Origin: Minisyncoccota bacterium
GTDB taxonomy: Bacteria; Patescibacteriota; Minisyncoccia; Phycocordibacterales; UBA9973
Assembly: GCA_036169735.1 (NCBI GenBank)
Contig: JAVHNX010000036.1
Location: 13,681 to 77,680, forward strand
Direction: 5' to 3'
Length of the DNA: 64,000 bases
Shown: one piece after another, positions 1-9,391 of the stretch
Numbering within the stretch: position 1 is the first letter of the stretch
How the letters are laid out: each line of letters begins with the position of its first letter
The notes under the pieces: generated by a model
Told to the model about the DNA's origin: nothing
The model's database searches: none
What the model saw: the letters and a program-made list of their open reading frames with translations, nothing else
Made by a program: the position numbers and the translations under genes

Positions 1-147
1 GGTTTTCTTTTTGTAAAAGCTCGTGGTAACCCTGGAGAAATTGAAGTAGCCAAAAAATCTCTACTTTATACAGTTATAGGTGCAGCAATTCTTTTAGGGG
101 CATGGGCAATTGCTCAGATTATAACGAATACAATACTGGCACTTTAA
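1..147 (+). CDS. TrbC/VirB2-like pilin (5' partial)
   Basis: Frame 1 reads GFLFVKARGNPGEIEVAKKSLLYTVIGAAILLGAWAIAQII...*: two hydrophobic helices around a G-N-P-x4-AK loop, like the downstream paralogs. Confidence 0.75.
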   Translation, partial: GFLFVKARGNPGEIEVAKKSLLYTVIGAAILLGAWAIAQIITNTILAL

Positions 148-194
148 TTTTTATAAGCTAATCTATTTATATCAACAGTATTTTATTAAACCAA

Positions 195-581
195 ATGAAA
201 AATTTTAAAAAACTTTCTTCAATAATTTTTGTCACTTCCTTTATTTTACCGATTGTTTCTTTTGCTCAAACCACAACTGTTGCCAGTTGTACCTTGGTAC
301 CAAATCCTAAATTTGGTGATTTACTAAATTTTGTTACTTGTAATATATCCAGATCAGTTATTCCTCTTGTGTTTGCTTTGGCTGTGGCTGCTTTCATTTG
401 GGGAGTAGTTCAGTATGTTATTTTGGGTGCTGAAGAAGAGTCAAAAAGAGCAAAAGGTCGACAGTTTATGATATGGGGTCTTATTGCTTTGGCCGTGATG
501 GTTTCGATATGGGGCCTTGTGGCTATCATTGGAAATACTTTCGGTATAGACAACGCTATTCCACAACTTCAGACCCATTAA
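195..581 (+). CDS. TrbC/VirB2-like pilin
   Basis: Signal peptide (SFA|Q), FIWGVVQY...EESKRAKGRQFMIWGLIALAVMVSIWGLV pilin-type hairpin. Confidence 0.8.
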   Translation: MKNFKKLSSIIFVTSFILPIVSFAQTTTVASCTLVPNPKFGDLLNFVTCNISRSVIPLVFALAVAAFIWGVVQYVILGAEEESKRAKGRQFMIWGLIALAVMVSIWGLVAIIGNTFGIDNAIPQLQTH

Positions 582-736
582 TATTTGCTTTTGAGGTTTT
601 TGTTGTTATAATTAAATTACCCTAATATTTAGGAAAGTTATAAAAGGTCGCTTTAAATTATCAATTATTATTAATTAAAAATTAAGTGTGTCGCGTCTTA
701 ATTGACGTTTACGCGACATGTTTTCGAAAAAACAAT

Positions 737-1099
737 ATGAAAAATAAATTAATTCCATTAGTCGCTTTTGGTTTAGTCTTAGCTCCTTTTGCTTTCGCTG
801 TAAATACAGTGGGTGGTATCATTATTACAATCGGAGGTCTTCTTAATACTGTAGTACCTATTCTTATTACTCTAGCCGTTATCTATTTCATCTGGGGAGT
901 TGTTTCTTATGTTCTTGCAAAAGAAGAAGAAGCTAAAACAGCCGGAAGAGATAAAATGATCTACGGTCTTATCGGTCTAGTAGTTATCGTTGGTATGTGG
1001 GGTCTAGTTGGTATTATTGCTAATACTTTCGGTATCGGTGTTGGTGGTGGCTCACAGGGCATTACTGCTCCTTGTATCCCAGGAACAATCGGTTGTTAA
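737..1099 (+). CDS. TrbC/VirB2-like pilin
   Basis: Likely start MKNKL at 737 (ORF track starts at 686); FIWGVVSY...GRDKMIYGLIGLVVIVGMWGLV; paralog of its neighbours. Confidence 0.8.
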   Translation: MKNKLIPLVAFGLVLAPFAFAVNTVGGIIITIGGLLNTVVPILITLAVIYFIWGVVSYVLAKEEEAKTAGRDKMIYGLIGLVVIVGMWGLVGIIANTFGIGVGGGSQGITAPCIPGTIGC

Positions 1100-1119
1100 T
1101 CTAATTACTTAAAAAATTA

Positions 1120-1488
1120 ATGAATTTTTTCTTTACAAATGTCGCTTATGCCGCTGGTGAGAGTCTGGATAAATTTATCCAGAACGTCAACAACCTGATT
1201 ATCAATCCGCTAATCGTTTTACTTTTTGCTTTAGCTTTAGCTTATTTTCTTTGGGGAGTATTTGTCTTTATTTCTAATCAAGACAATGAAGAAAAGAAAA
1301 CAACAGGGAAAAGTCACATGGTTTATGGGTTGATAGGGATTACGATTATGATGGGAGTCTGGACTATTCTTTCAATTGTTATGAATACTCTAAACATCTC
1401 CACAACAGAGATCAATCCTAGTACAGGTAAAGTTGATTTAGGTAATTACAATCCTCCGGCAGGGAGTGGTGAGTTGAAGATAAATTAA
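1120..1488 (+). CDS. TrbC/VirB2-like pilin
   Basis: AYA| leader; FLWGVFVF...GKSHMVYGLIGITIMMGVW. Confidence 0.8.
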   Translation: MNFFFTNVAYAAGESLDKFIQNVNNLIINPLIVLLFALALAYFLWGVFVFISNQDNEEKKTTGKSHMVYGLIGITIMMGVWTILSIVMNTLNISTTEINPSTGKVDLGNYNPPAGSGELKIN

Positions 1489-1498
1489 ATTAAAATAA

Positions 1499-1531
1499 AA
1501 AAAGCCGTTCACAATTTGTGAACGGCTTTTT
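1499..1531. terminator. Bidirectional intrinsic terminator
   Basis: AAAAAGCCGTTCACA-ATT-TGTGAACGGCTTTTT between convergent genes. Confidence 0.8.
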
Positions 1532-1561
1532 GTTTGCATCGGGCAATGCGATATTATACCC

Positions 1562-2179
1562 TCAATTTAATACTTCTACTCCATAATTACTTGGTTCACC
1601 TTGGCAGACTGAAAACCAGCCTGCAAGTTGGCGACCCATGTTTAGGACTTCACCTGGTTTTAATTCCCATGTAGTCCCTGATGGAGATTTTATAATTATT
1701 TTTCCACCCTTAGGGTAAAATGCAGTTTCACTTTTTAAATAAACTGAAATACATTTTACACTGGCAGAAAACTTATAAAATACTTTTTTTGCTTCTTGTT
1801 TTTCTATTGTTTGTATTGCTGGTGTACCATGACTGCTGTGCGCAAAACGGGGTATTGTGTAATTCAAACCAATCAATACAATAATAATCAAAACTGCGAA
1901 AAACAAAAAATCTTTAAAAAAGATTAATACAATTAAAACAATTGCATTGGTAACCCAAAAGAATAAAGGAAAACCATACCATGCGTGCCAAAGTAGAGGG
2001 CACTGCAATTGCATGTAGATTATTCCTAATATGTAGAATATTATAAACAGTCCATTTTTTTTGAACCATCCCAATTCTACTTTTACTTTTATCTTACCGC
2101 CTTTTTTAATTAACGAGATAACAAAAATTAATACAACAAAAGCTACTATGCCTAAGGCAATTTCTAAAATTATTTCCAT
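1562..2179 (-). CDS. Hypothetical membrane protein (orphan)
   Basis: 205 aa, several hydrophobic N-terminal segments; coupled to the upstream gene by a TAATG overlap, with a GGAGG SD. Confidence 0.65.
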   Translation of the reverse strand: MEIILEIALGIVAFVVLIFVISLIKKGGKIKVKVELGWFKKNGLFIIFYILGIIYMQLQCPLLWHAWYGFPLFFWVTNAIVLIVLIFFKDFLFFAVLIIIVLIGLNYTIPRFAHSSHGTPAIQTIEKQEAKKVFYKFSASVKCISVYLKSETAFYPKGGKIIIKSPSGTTWELKPGEVLNMGRQLAGWFSVCQGEPSNYGVEVLN

Positions 2180-3255
2180 TATTTTCCCTCCTTTTTAGTT
2201 TCATCACCATCAACATTGATGGTGGATATTACATTAGATCCAAGGACACGTATCTGTGTCTCTTTCACTTGTTCCAAATTCATAAACGGGATTATCCCAG
2301 GATTTTTCTTTGCAACTTTACTCATCTCATCAAAGCGGTGTGCTTCAGCTTCTGTCGTAAGTATTTGTGCATCTTTTGCAAACTTAGCGCTGTCAATCAA
2401 GGCCTTGCCTTCAGAATTGGTTTTAATTTCCAAAATCTTGGCTGCGGTCTCTGATCTCGTAATCAGAGCTTTTCCTTCGTTTTCCGCTATTAAATTTTCA
2501 GCAAGCGATTTATCTACTTCTTCATTTGCTGGACCTTTGCTTATGCCATAGTTTGCAAGTTTCATGCTATCAACCTCTATTCCTAGAGTTCTTGATGTGG
2601 TTTCATTAATGGATTCAGTAATTTGTCTGATAAAATCAGAATCTTTACTTGTTTTATCCGCTTTTTCAAACGCATCCCATTCTTTATTTCTCACAAAATT
2701 ATTAACAGCTGTTTCTATGTCAGCTGAAGCTTTGTAGATTGTGATTCCATCAGGTTGTGAGAGAAAGAGCAGTTTGGTAATATTCATTACCTTAAACCTA
2801 AACTTTAGATCTAAATCTATTTTAATTTCACCACCCAATAATTCAACTTCCTTTACTATGATTCTAAAGTCATAGAGATGCTTGAAAGATGTATGTTCTT
2901 CAAATTGTTCATCATTTTGATAAACTTTAAATTTCAAGATTTCATTAATTGGACTTAACCCCAAATAGGTCATACCAAGTTTTTCAAACAAATAACCTAA
3001 ATTTTGTGGTCTGCATATGAAGTTTCCTTCGTTGTCTTTGCATTCCTTCCAGTTTCCTTCTTTGTCATAGAAACCATTTTTGGAATTAAATAATAAGTTT
3101 ACAACGTTCTTTCCCTTTACAACACCTTTACCAGTTTCTTTTGTAAGTTCTGTAAAGTGAGTGTCATTTTTTCCCAATTGCTTTAAAAGCAAAGTAAAGC
3201 CAAAACCAATTAGCGACAATATCGCTAAGATGGCAAATGTAATTAGTGCTGTCAT
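2179..3255 (-). CDS. Membrane-anchored SPFH/band-7-like protein
   Basis: N-terminal TM, beta-rich middle (IKIDLDLKFRFKV...LGIEVDSM), C-terminal coiled coil with AE-G-A repeats; AAGGAG SD. Confidence 0.55.
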   Translation of the reverse strand: MTALITFAILAILSLIGFGFTLLLKQLGKNDTHFTELTKETGKGVVKGKNVVNLLFNSKNGFYDKEGNWKECKDNEGNFICRPQNLGYLFEKLGMTYLGLSPINEILKFKVYQNDEQFEEHTSFKHLYDFRIIVKEVELLGGEIKIDLDLKFRFKVMNITKLLFLSQPDGITIYKASADIETAVNNFVRNKEWDAFEKADKTSKDSDFIRQITESINETTSRTLGIEVDSMKLANYGISKGPANEEVDKSLAENLIAENEGKALITRSETAAKILEIKTNSEGKALIDSAKFAKDAQILTTEAEAHRFDEMSKVAKKNPGIIPFMNLEQVKETQIRVLGSNVISTINVDGDETKKEGK

Positions 3256-3292
3256 TTTTTGTTTCTCCTTTTTATTTTTGGTTAGTTTAATT

Positions 3293-3426
3293 AATAGTTA
3301 TGTTCAGCGAAACGGCTCAGTATAAAAAGGGGACTGAGCATCTTTGCTGAACATAACTATTTCTCTAACCTGTTTTCAAACAACTTATTATGGATAAAGT
3401 ATAGCATATATAAGCAAAAAAGTCAA
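3293..3426 (-). promoter_or_regulatory. Sigma70 promoter + boxA-like motif + long leader hairpin
   Basis: Minus strand: TTGACT(3426-3421)-17 nt-TATACT(3403-3398), GTTGTTTGAAAA (3384-3373), perfect 16-bp stem 3293-3308/3346-3361. Confidence 0.65.
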
Positions 3427-3449
3427 CCATGTTGGGCTGACTTTTTTGC
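3414..3449 (-). terminator. Intrinsic terminator
   Basis: GCAAAAAAGTCA...TGACTTTTTTGC hairpin downstream of the IPT/TIG gene; overlaps the -35 of the next promoter. Confidence 0.6.
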
Positions 3450-3466
3450 ATTATTTAAGGGTGTTA

Positions 3467-4213
3467 TTAAGCGTGTTTTAAAGGAGTATGTTTTTTGTCT
3501 TCTTTAACAAAAGCTTTTCTGGCAAATATTACTATCAGTAGAACTAAGGTTAAAAGTAGAAGCCATCCGATTAAACTTGAAGGCATTAAACCGTTTGTTC
3601 CAAACAGTGCGTTGGCCATAAGACTACTACTAGAATCTGTTGATTTGGTTGTACTTTTAGCAACAGTTGTTTTCTTTACCACCTTTGCTGTTGTTACAGT
3701 CGTTGCAGTTGTTGTAGTTGTCGATTTTGCGACAGAAGCTTTGTTTAGTTGGAATATGGCGGAATTTGACATTCCACCTCCTGGTAGAGGATTAAAGACT
3801 GTTATTGTGTAAGCACCTAATCCAGACATATCTGATGGGGTAAGGGTTGTTGTAATTTTATTTGAGTTTACAAAAGTTGTTGCTCTTTCTTCACCGTTCC
3901 ATTTAGCAACTGATCCAAATGAAAAGTTGGTTCCTATGATTGTTACAACAGTAGCAGCTTTACTTGAAACTGCAGAATCAGGGCTGATTGAATTTATGGT
4001 TGGAACTAAATTGACTGTTGGCGTGGGTGTTGCTGTTGTGGGTGTATTAATATCACCTACATAGGAATATCCATTGTAGTAACTACCAGCTCCGCCGTCA
4101 TAAGAAAAGCCACCATAAGCATTAGCTTTTAAGGGTAAAACTAGGATACTGAAAACAAATATACCTAATACCCCTAAAGTCTTTATTATTAAGTTGTTAG
4201 TTGTTTTATTCAT
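3467..4213 (-). CDS. Surface protein with IPT/TIG domain and C-terminal TM anchor
   Basis: Signal peptide; PTINSISP...VTIIGTNF...ITVFNPLPGGGMSN TIG pattern; Thr-rich linker; C-terminal TM; likely start MNKTT. Confidence 0.75.
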   Translation of the reverse strand: MNKTTNNLIIKTLGVLGIFVFSILVLPLKANAYGGFSYDGGAGSYYNGYSYVGDINTPTTATPTPTVNLVPTINSISPDSAVSSKAATVVTIIGTNFSFGSVAKWNGEERATTFVNSNKITTTLTPSDMSGLGAYTITVFNPLPGGGMSNSAIFQLNKASVAKSTTTTTATTVTTAKVVKKTTVAKSTTKSTDSSSSLMANALFGTNGLMPSSLIGWLLLLTLVLLIVIFARKAFVKEDKKHTPLKHA

Positions 4214-4274
4214 ATAAGTCAAGTATACCATATATAAATCTAAAAGTCAAGCTTATTAAAGCTTATAAACATTG

Positions 4275-4356
4275 TGCCGGGAGGGAGACTCGAACTCCCA
4301 AGGGTTGCCCCACTAGTTCCTAAGACTAGCGCGTATACCAATTCCGCCATCCCGGC
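4275..4356 (-). tRNA. tRNA-Leu(TAG)
   Basis: Cloverleaf GCCGGGA.../TCCCGGC, anticodon arm CTAGT-CTTAGGA-ACTAG, long variable arm, TTCGA. Confidence 0.95.
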
Positions 4357-4404
4357 ATTTTTTCGATTACTATATAGAATAGCTTTCTTTTGATAATAAA
4401 TCAA

Positions 4405-4520
4405 ACACGAGAGTAAGAAAAAATTTTTTAAATGCACACATAAAATTCTGCTGAATTTTTGCTCTGCTCGGCTCGTCAGCCTGCGCAAGGCATTTTAAAA
4501 ACATTTTCTTTCTCTCGTGT
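4405..4520 (-). repeat. Long-stem element with conserved structured core (copy 1)
   Basis: 31-nt arms (27/31 complementary) around a core homologous to 28823-28877. Confidence 0.8.
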
Positions 4521-4521
4521 G

Positions 4522-4594
4522 TGCACCCAGGAGGGATCGAACCTCCGACATTCTCCTTAAGAGGGAGCTACTCTACCAGCTGAGTTATGGGTGC
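4522..4594 (-). tRNA. tRNA-Lys(CTT)
   Basis: GCACCCA acceptor stem, anticodon loop CTCTTAA, GGTTCGATCC. Confidence 0.93.
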
Positions 4595-4659
4595 ATAAAA
4601 ACAAATATAAAAACTTACTTTCTACTTTAACATATTTATTTTATTTTCAATATGTCTTG

Positions 4660-4741
4660 TGCCCGGAGTGGGGGTCGAACCCACATCCCTTGCGAGACAC
4701 GATTTTAAGTCGTGCGCGTATACCAATTCCGCCATCCGGGC
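4660..4741 (-). tRNA. tRNA-Leu(TAA)
   Basis: Anticodon arm CACGA-CTTAAAA-TCGTG, long variable arm, GGTTCGACCC. Confidence 0.95.
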
Positions 4742-4782
4742 AAATTATAATTTAATATGATTCTTTTTTCAAATTACACTTG

Positions 4783-4854
4783 AGGCCTGGGGCGGAATCG
4801 AACCGCCGTATATTCCTTTTGCAGAGGAATGCCTTACCACTTGGCTACCAGGCC
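4783..4854 (-). tRNA. tRNA-Cys(GCA)
   Basis: GGCCTGG acceptor stem, TTCCT-CTGCAAA-AGGAA, U discriminator. Confidence 0.95.
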
Positions 4855-4882
4855 GTAGGCGCACAACTAACGCCTATCTATC

Positions 4883-5206
4883 TTACTTTTCTCGAAGCAG
4901 TTCGTCAATTCTTTGTCTATTTTTTTCTCCTTTATCTATCTCAATATCAATAAATGGGATTGTTTTTACTTCCATATTCTTTTTCAAGAAGTCTCGTAGG
5001 TCTGCTCTTCTGCGTTTTGCGAATTCCAATGCCAGCTTCTCTTTTGATTCAGGGAGCACAGTGATAAATATAGTTGCACGTTTCATGTCAGGGGAGGTGT
5101 TGCATGAAGTAACAGTTATGAGTGAGGTATTATTGTTCTCGCGTGCCAAAAACTGAGCAGCAAGCTCTTTTACAAATTGTGCTATTTTTTCATTTCGTGG
5201 AATCAT
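4883..5206 (-). CDS. rbfA: Ribosome-binding factor A
   Basis: ITVTSCNTSPDMKRATIF...IPFIDIEID...RIDELL; follows infB. Confidence 0.9.
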   Translation of the reverse strand: MIPRNEKIAQFVKELAAQFLARENNNTSLITVTSCNTSPDMKRATIFITVLPESKEKLALEFAKRRRADLRDFLKKNMEVKTIPFIDIEIDKGEKNRQRIDELLREK

Positions 5207-5207
5207 A

Positions 5208-6704
5208 TTATTTTTGTGTTATTGAAAACGACTCAAGAATGTCTCCTGCTACTATCTCAATCTTTGATTCGATCATAGTACCAAATTCTGAACCTTCTTC
5301 TACTTTGTTTGTTTTTGATTTGAATTTCTCTAGGTTTACGATTCTACCTTTACCTATTTCAAACTCACGACGAATTATTTTAACTGTTTCACCAAGAGAG
5401 ATATTTCCTTCAGTAACTTTTCCTCCGACAACTTGGCGTTCCTTGGTACGGCTGAAAGCTTTGATTATCTTAGCTCGTCCGGTAACTTCGATTGTTTCTA
5501 CTCTAGGGCGTCTCTTTTCCATTTCTTCTGTCAACCATTCTGTCATTTTGTAAATGATATCGAAAAATAGAATTGGAATGTTTTGCTTTATAGCTAAGTC
5601 ATTGGCACCTCTGTCTGCTTTTACATTAAACCCGATTACAATGATTTCTGAACCCTGGGATGATTTAATATCGGACTCAGTAATAGGTCCGACACCTTTC
5701 TGGATTATTTTGAATTCTGCACCTTCACTTTGTATTTTTTTTATTTCTTTTTCGATTGCTTCAATAGATCCCATGACATCTGCACGCAAAACTATTGGAA
5801 TCATTTTTTTATCACTTATTTCTCTCTTTTCATTTTTGGTTATTTTTTTATTTAATATTTCTTTTGCGTATTCTTCAGCATCACCTTTCTTTTCGAAAGC
5901 TTTAAACATTGCTCCAACTTTTGGAACTTTACTAAAGCCAACTAGTCGAACAGGGGATGAAAATGTGGCATCTTTAACCATTTTGCCTAAAAAGTTTTCC
6001 ATGATGCGAGTAGAACATAAAGCATCTTCCACTGCTACAGTCATACCATTTTTAAGTTTTCCATTTTTAATAATTAAAGTAGCTTGGATTCCTCTTTTTG
6101 GATCTAAGTTTGCTTCGATAACATATCCCGTTGCTCCTTCCTCCGTATTTGCTGTAAATTCTTCCATCTCAGCTATAAGAAGAATTAGAGTTAAAAGATT
6201 ATCTACGCCAGTACCAACTTTTGCAGAAATCTCAGCGACAGGTGTCTTGCCTCCGTATCCTTCAACATATATTTCATTTTCAGCAAGTTCCATTTTTGTC
6301 TTTTCGATATTAGCAGCTGGTCTATCTATTTTGTTGATAGCAACAATAAATGGAATCTTACTTTCAAGAATTGTTTTGTAAGCTTCTATTGTTTGTGGTT
6401 TTACTCCATCTTCGGCTGAAACAACTAAGATAGCAATATCTGCTGCTTCCGCTCCACGTTCACGCATTTTTGAGAAAGCTTCGTGTCCTGGAGTATCTAA
6501 GAAAGTAATTTTTTTATCTTTACCATGTTCGTCTTTATGAACAACTTCATACGCAGAAATATGCTGAGTAATTCCTCCAGCTTCACGGTCAACAATATTT
6601 GTCTTTCTGATATAGTCCAGCAACGTAGATTTACCATGGTCGATATGACCCATGACTACTACTATCGGTGGACGATCTATTATGTTTTTTATTTTGTTTT
6701 TCAT
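5208..6704 (-). CDS. infB: Translation initiation factor IF-2 (short form, no N-terminal domain)
   Basis: [38 protein letters not shown]. Confidence 0.97.
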   Translation of the reverse strand: MKNKIKNIIDRPPIVVVMGHIDHGKSTLLDYIRKTNIVDREAGGITQHISAYEVVHKDEHGKDKKITFLDTPGHEAFSKMRERGAEAADIAILVVSAEDGVKPQTIEAYKTILESKIPFIVAINKIDRPAANIEKTKMELAENEIYVEGYGGKTPVAEISAKVGTGVDNLLTLILLIAEMEEFTANTEEGATGYVIEANLDPKRGIQATLIIKNGKLKNGMTVAVEDALCSTRIMENFLGKMVKDATFSSPVRLVGFSKVPKVGAMFKAFEKKGDAEEYAKEILNKKITKNEKREISDKKMIPIVLRADVMGSIEAIEKEIKKIQSEGAEFKIIQKGVGPITESDIKSSQGSEIIVIGFNVKADRGANDLAIKQNIPILFFDIIYKMTEWLTEEMEKRRPRVETIEVTGRAKIIKAFSRTKERQVVGGKVTEGNISLGETVKIIRREFEIGKGRIVNLEKFKSKTNKVEEGSEFGTMIESKIEIVAGDILESFSITQK

Positions 6705-7165
6705 TATTGTTTAACTTCAGCTTTTTTTAGTATTTCTTTTTCTTCGTTTGTTAATTCGTATTCTGATTTTCCTTTTTTAATAGGCTTAGCAAAAACACTC
6801 ATTCTCTCACGGGAATATAAACTTGAAAGGACTACACCGTCACCGTCCTCGTTTAATAGTCCTATAGCAAAACTTTGGTTGCTGCCTTGATCAGGGAAAG
6901 GGTTGAAACGAACAGTCTCGAGTCCACGAATACTTTTTCTTAATTTTGCATTTATCTCAATAATTTCTTTTTCGTGTTCCTCTTTTATTTTTATTAAGTT
7001 AGCAAGGTCACTTTCTAGTGAAATAATGGTATCCTCTAAATCTTTTGCTTTTTTACCAACAAAAAATCTTTTTAATCTTTTCTCTGTTTTCATAACCCAA
7101 ATAACGCCAACAATGACGTAAATTCCAGTTAAAACAAAAAAAGCGATCTCGAGCTTTATATTCAT
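6704..7165 (-). CDS. DUF4446-like membrane-anchored protein
   Basis: N-terminal TM + coiled coil + VRFNPF..GSNQSFAIGLL..GVVLSSLYSRE...L.NEE. Confidence 0.75.
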   Translation of the reverse strand: MNIKLEIAFFVLTGIYVIVGVIWVMKTEKRLKRFFVGKKAKDLEDTIISLESDLANLIKIKEEHEKEIIEINAKLRKSIRGLETVRFNPFPDQGSNQSFAIGLLNEDGDGVVLSSLYSRERMSVFAKPIKKGKSEYELTNEEKEILKKAEVKQ

Positions 7166-7189
7166 GCCTTTTCAATATATACTATTTTT

Positions 7190-8530
7190 ATGGTTAAATC
7201 AATCAAAAAATCAAAGAATATATATATGGATTATGCCAGCGGTGCTTCAGCTAATCCTGCCAATCCTGGAGCAATTCACGATTTTGGTGTGAAAGCGAAA
7301 AAACAACTGAATGAAGCAAGGGAAGAAATTGCCAAGATTTTAGGTGCACACTCAAATGAAGTGGTTTTTACCTCAGGGGCAACAGAGAGTAATAATTTGG
7401 CAATTTTGGGAATACTAAGAAAATATTTTGAAACTTTTAGCCCCTATGTCAGACATAGGGGAGTTTCCCCTATGTCTGACATAGGGGCTGTTCCACATAT
7501 TGTTACCACAAACATAGAACATGCATCTGTGCTGGAGGTGTGTAAATATTTAGAAAAAACAAAACAAATAGAAGTGACTTATGTTCCAGTAGAAGAAAAT
7601 GGAATAGTAGATCCGGAGAAAATAAAAAAATCACTTAGACCAAATACGATTTTTGTTTCTGTTATGTATGCGAATAATGAGATTGGAAGTATCCAGCCAA
7701 TAAGAGAAATTGCAAAAGAAATTAGACATTATCGAAAACAAGAAGCGGAAAGAATAAATGAAAAAAGGTCGGACATTAAGAATTTAGAAAGGTCCGACCT
7801 TGGTATTTTTCCAGTTTTTCATACCGATGCGACTCAAGCAATAAATTATTTACCGATCAATGTTGAAAAACTTGGCATTGATTTGTTATCTTTTAATGGA
7901 TCAAAAATTTATGGGCCGAGTGGTGTTGGAGCTTTGTATGTAAAAAGACAGACACCTATCACTAGTATTATATTTGGCGGTGATCAAGAATTTGGATTAA
8001 GACCAGGGACAGAAAATATTGTCGGTATTGTTGGATTAGCAAAAGCTTTAAAAGTTGTAGAACAAATAAAAGATAAAGAAACAAAACGTTTAATTAAACT
8101 AAGAGATTATTTTATTAAAAAAATGTCAAGGTTAAGCCTTGACACTACACATTCCCCGAAACCAGGTTTAGGGGAACTTCCCCTAAACCTGGTTTCGGGG
8201 AAAGTTATACTAAATGGTGACCTAGAAAATAGACTACCAAACAATATAAATATCACTATTCCAAAAATTCCAAGTGATCTTTTGGTAATAGAACTTTCTG
8301 CTCATGGAATTATGGCTTCTGTCAAAAGTGCTTGTAAATCTGGTGACGAAAAGGCATCCCATGTAATACAAGCTATTCGAGAAGCACAACTAGGGGAGTT
8401 ATTGGTTAATAAAGAAATTGACGGATCAATCAGATTTTCTCTTGGTAGACAAACAACCAAAGATGATATTGACTACACACTAAAGGCTTTGTCTCAAATT
8501 TTGACCAAACTAAAAAGGTGGTATAATTAG
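7190..8530 (+). CDS. iscS: Cysteine desulfurase (IscS/NifS type) with in-frame palindromic inserts
   Basis: FTSGATESNN, EHASV, HTDATQA, PLP Lys in GSKIYGP, RPGTEN, catalytic SAC, IRFSLG. Confidence 0.92.
   Translation: MVKSIKKSKNIYMDYASGASANPANPGAIHDFGVKAKKQLNEAREEIAKILGAHSNEVVFTSGATESNNLAILGILRKYFETFSPYVRHRGVSPMSDIGAVPHIVTTNIEHASVLEVCKYLEKTKQIEVTYVPVEENGIVDPEKIKKSLRPNTIFVSVMYANNEIGSIQPIREIAKEIRHYRKQEAERINEKRSDIKNLERSDLGIFPVFHTDATQAINYLPINVEKLGIDLLSFNGSKIYGPSGVGALYVKRQTPITSIIFGGDQEFGLRPGTENIVGIVGLAKALKVVEQIKDKETKRLIKLRDYFIKKMSRLSLDTTHSPKPGLGELPLNLVSGKVILNGDLENRLPNNINITIPKIPSDLLVIELSAHGIMASVKSACKSGDEKASHVIQAIREAQLGELLVNKEIDGSIRFSLGRQTTKDDIDYTLKALSQILTKLKRWYN
7439..7489. repeat. In-frame palindromic doublet in iscS
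   Basis: AGCCCCTATGTCAGACATAGGGGA-GTT-TCCCCTATGTCTGACATAGGGGCT: perfect 24-bp arms, each arm itself palindromic. Confidence 0.9.
7765..7801. repeat. AAGGTCsGACCTT-family doublet in iscS
   Basis: AAGGTCGGAC...AAGGTCCGACCTT; same unit as the intergenic copy at 58619-58668. Confidence 0.8.
8123..8145. repeat. ATGTCAAGG-TTAAG-CCTTGACA palindrome in iscS
   Basis: Near-identical copies at 40142 and 57884. Confidence 0.85.
8152..8202. repeat. In-frame palindromic doublet in iscS
   Basis: TTCCCCGAAACCAGGTTTAGGGGAA-C-TTCCCCTAAACCTGGTTTCGGGGAA: perfect 25-bp arms. Confidence 0.9.
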
Positions 8531-8533
8531 CCG

Positions 8534-9319
8534 ATGGATATCAAAGATTTAAATAAACCACAACTAATACTATTGGCATTGCTTTTGAGTTTCGTTACTT
8601 CATTGGCGACTGGTATTACAACCGTTGCTTTAATGCAACAGGCTCCAGATTCTGTGACTGTTCCAATAAATAGAATTATTAGACAGACTGTTGAAAAAAT
8701 AGTACCGACTGATATCGGAAAACCAGCCCAGACAATTATTATTAAGGAAGAAGATTTAGTTGTTGATGCGATTGCTAAAAATAAATCTGCTATTTTTTCA
8801 GTGACCAAGGAATCGACTGATGAACTTGGAGCAATTATTGAAATTTCTGCTGGAAAAGGATTTGTTATTTCTTCTGATGGTATGATTGTTACCGATTCAG
8901 CATTGGTTCCAGACAAAGAAGTTTATTTTGTTAAAAATGATTCAGGTAAATTTAAAGCAGATTTTGTTTCTACAAAAGATGGATTTTCATTTTTAAAAAT
9001 CGGTGCACCGTTGGATGAAAAAAATAAACTAGTTTTTACTTTGCCTACTTGGGGAGATCTTACTAAAATGAAAATAGGACAGAAAATAATAGTCCTAGGT
9101 GGATCAATATCTTCTTTTATTTTTGATGGATCAAAAGATCTTAAAATTAATGTTACAAAATCAAATGCTGGGGGAGTGGTTCTTGATTTAGATGGAAATG
9201 TTCTGGGAATTGCTTTGTCAGGTGATAATTCATCTTTTGCTTCAATTCCTGTAATTACCGATGCGTTAAAACCAGTGCCGATTCCTGTTTCAGTTACAGA
9301 AGCACCTAGTATTCAATAA
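8534..9319 (+). CDS. Membrane-anchored HtrA/trypsin-like protein, catalytically degenerate
   Basis: GKGFVISSDGMIVTD, K.GQ.II.LG, SNAGGVVLDLDGNVLGI resemble the HtrA fold; His and Ser positions are substituted. Confidence 0.7.
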   Translation: MDIKDLNKPQLILLALLLSFVTSLATGITTVALMQQAPDSVTVPINRIIRQTVEKIVPTDIGKPAQTIIIKEEDLVVDAIAKNKSAIFSVTKESTDELGAIIEISAGKGFVISSDGMIVTDSALVPDKEVYFVKNDSGKFKADFVSTKDGFSFLKIGAPLDEKNKLVFTLPTWGDLTKMKIGQKIIVLGGSISSFIFDGSKDLKINVTKSNAGGVVLDLDGNVLGIALSGDNSSFASIPVITDALKPVPIPVSVTEAPSIQ

Positions 9320-9322
9320 TTT

Positions 9323-9350
9323 AACCCTATTGCTCGCGAGCGACGGGGTT
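9323..9350. repeat. CTCGCGAG-centred palindrome (copy 1), abutting the clpB -35
   Basis: AACCCTATTGCTCGCGAGCGACGGGGTT; inverted near-copy at 49972; TTGACA at 9349. Confidence 0.7.
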
Positions 9351-9391
9351 GACATTTAATTTATTTATTCTATTATATAACATTCAAACAT

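Noticed and set aside
4240-4488. 82-aa ORF on the minus strand
   Set aside because: Overlaps tRNA-Leu and the structured element; spurious.
5554-6381. 275-aa antisense ORF (and the many similar shadow ORFs in the track)
   Set aside because: Antisense to well-supported genes such as infB; explained by codon bias, with no recognisable motifs.
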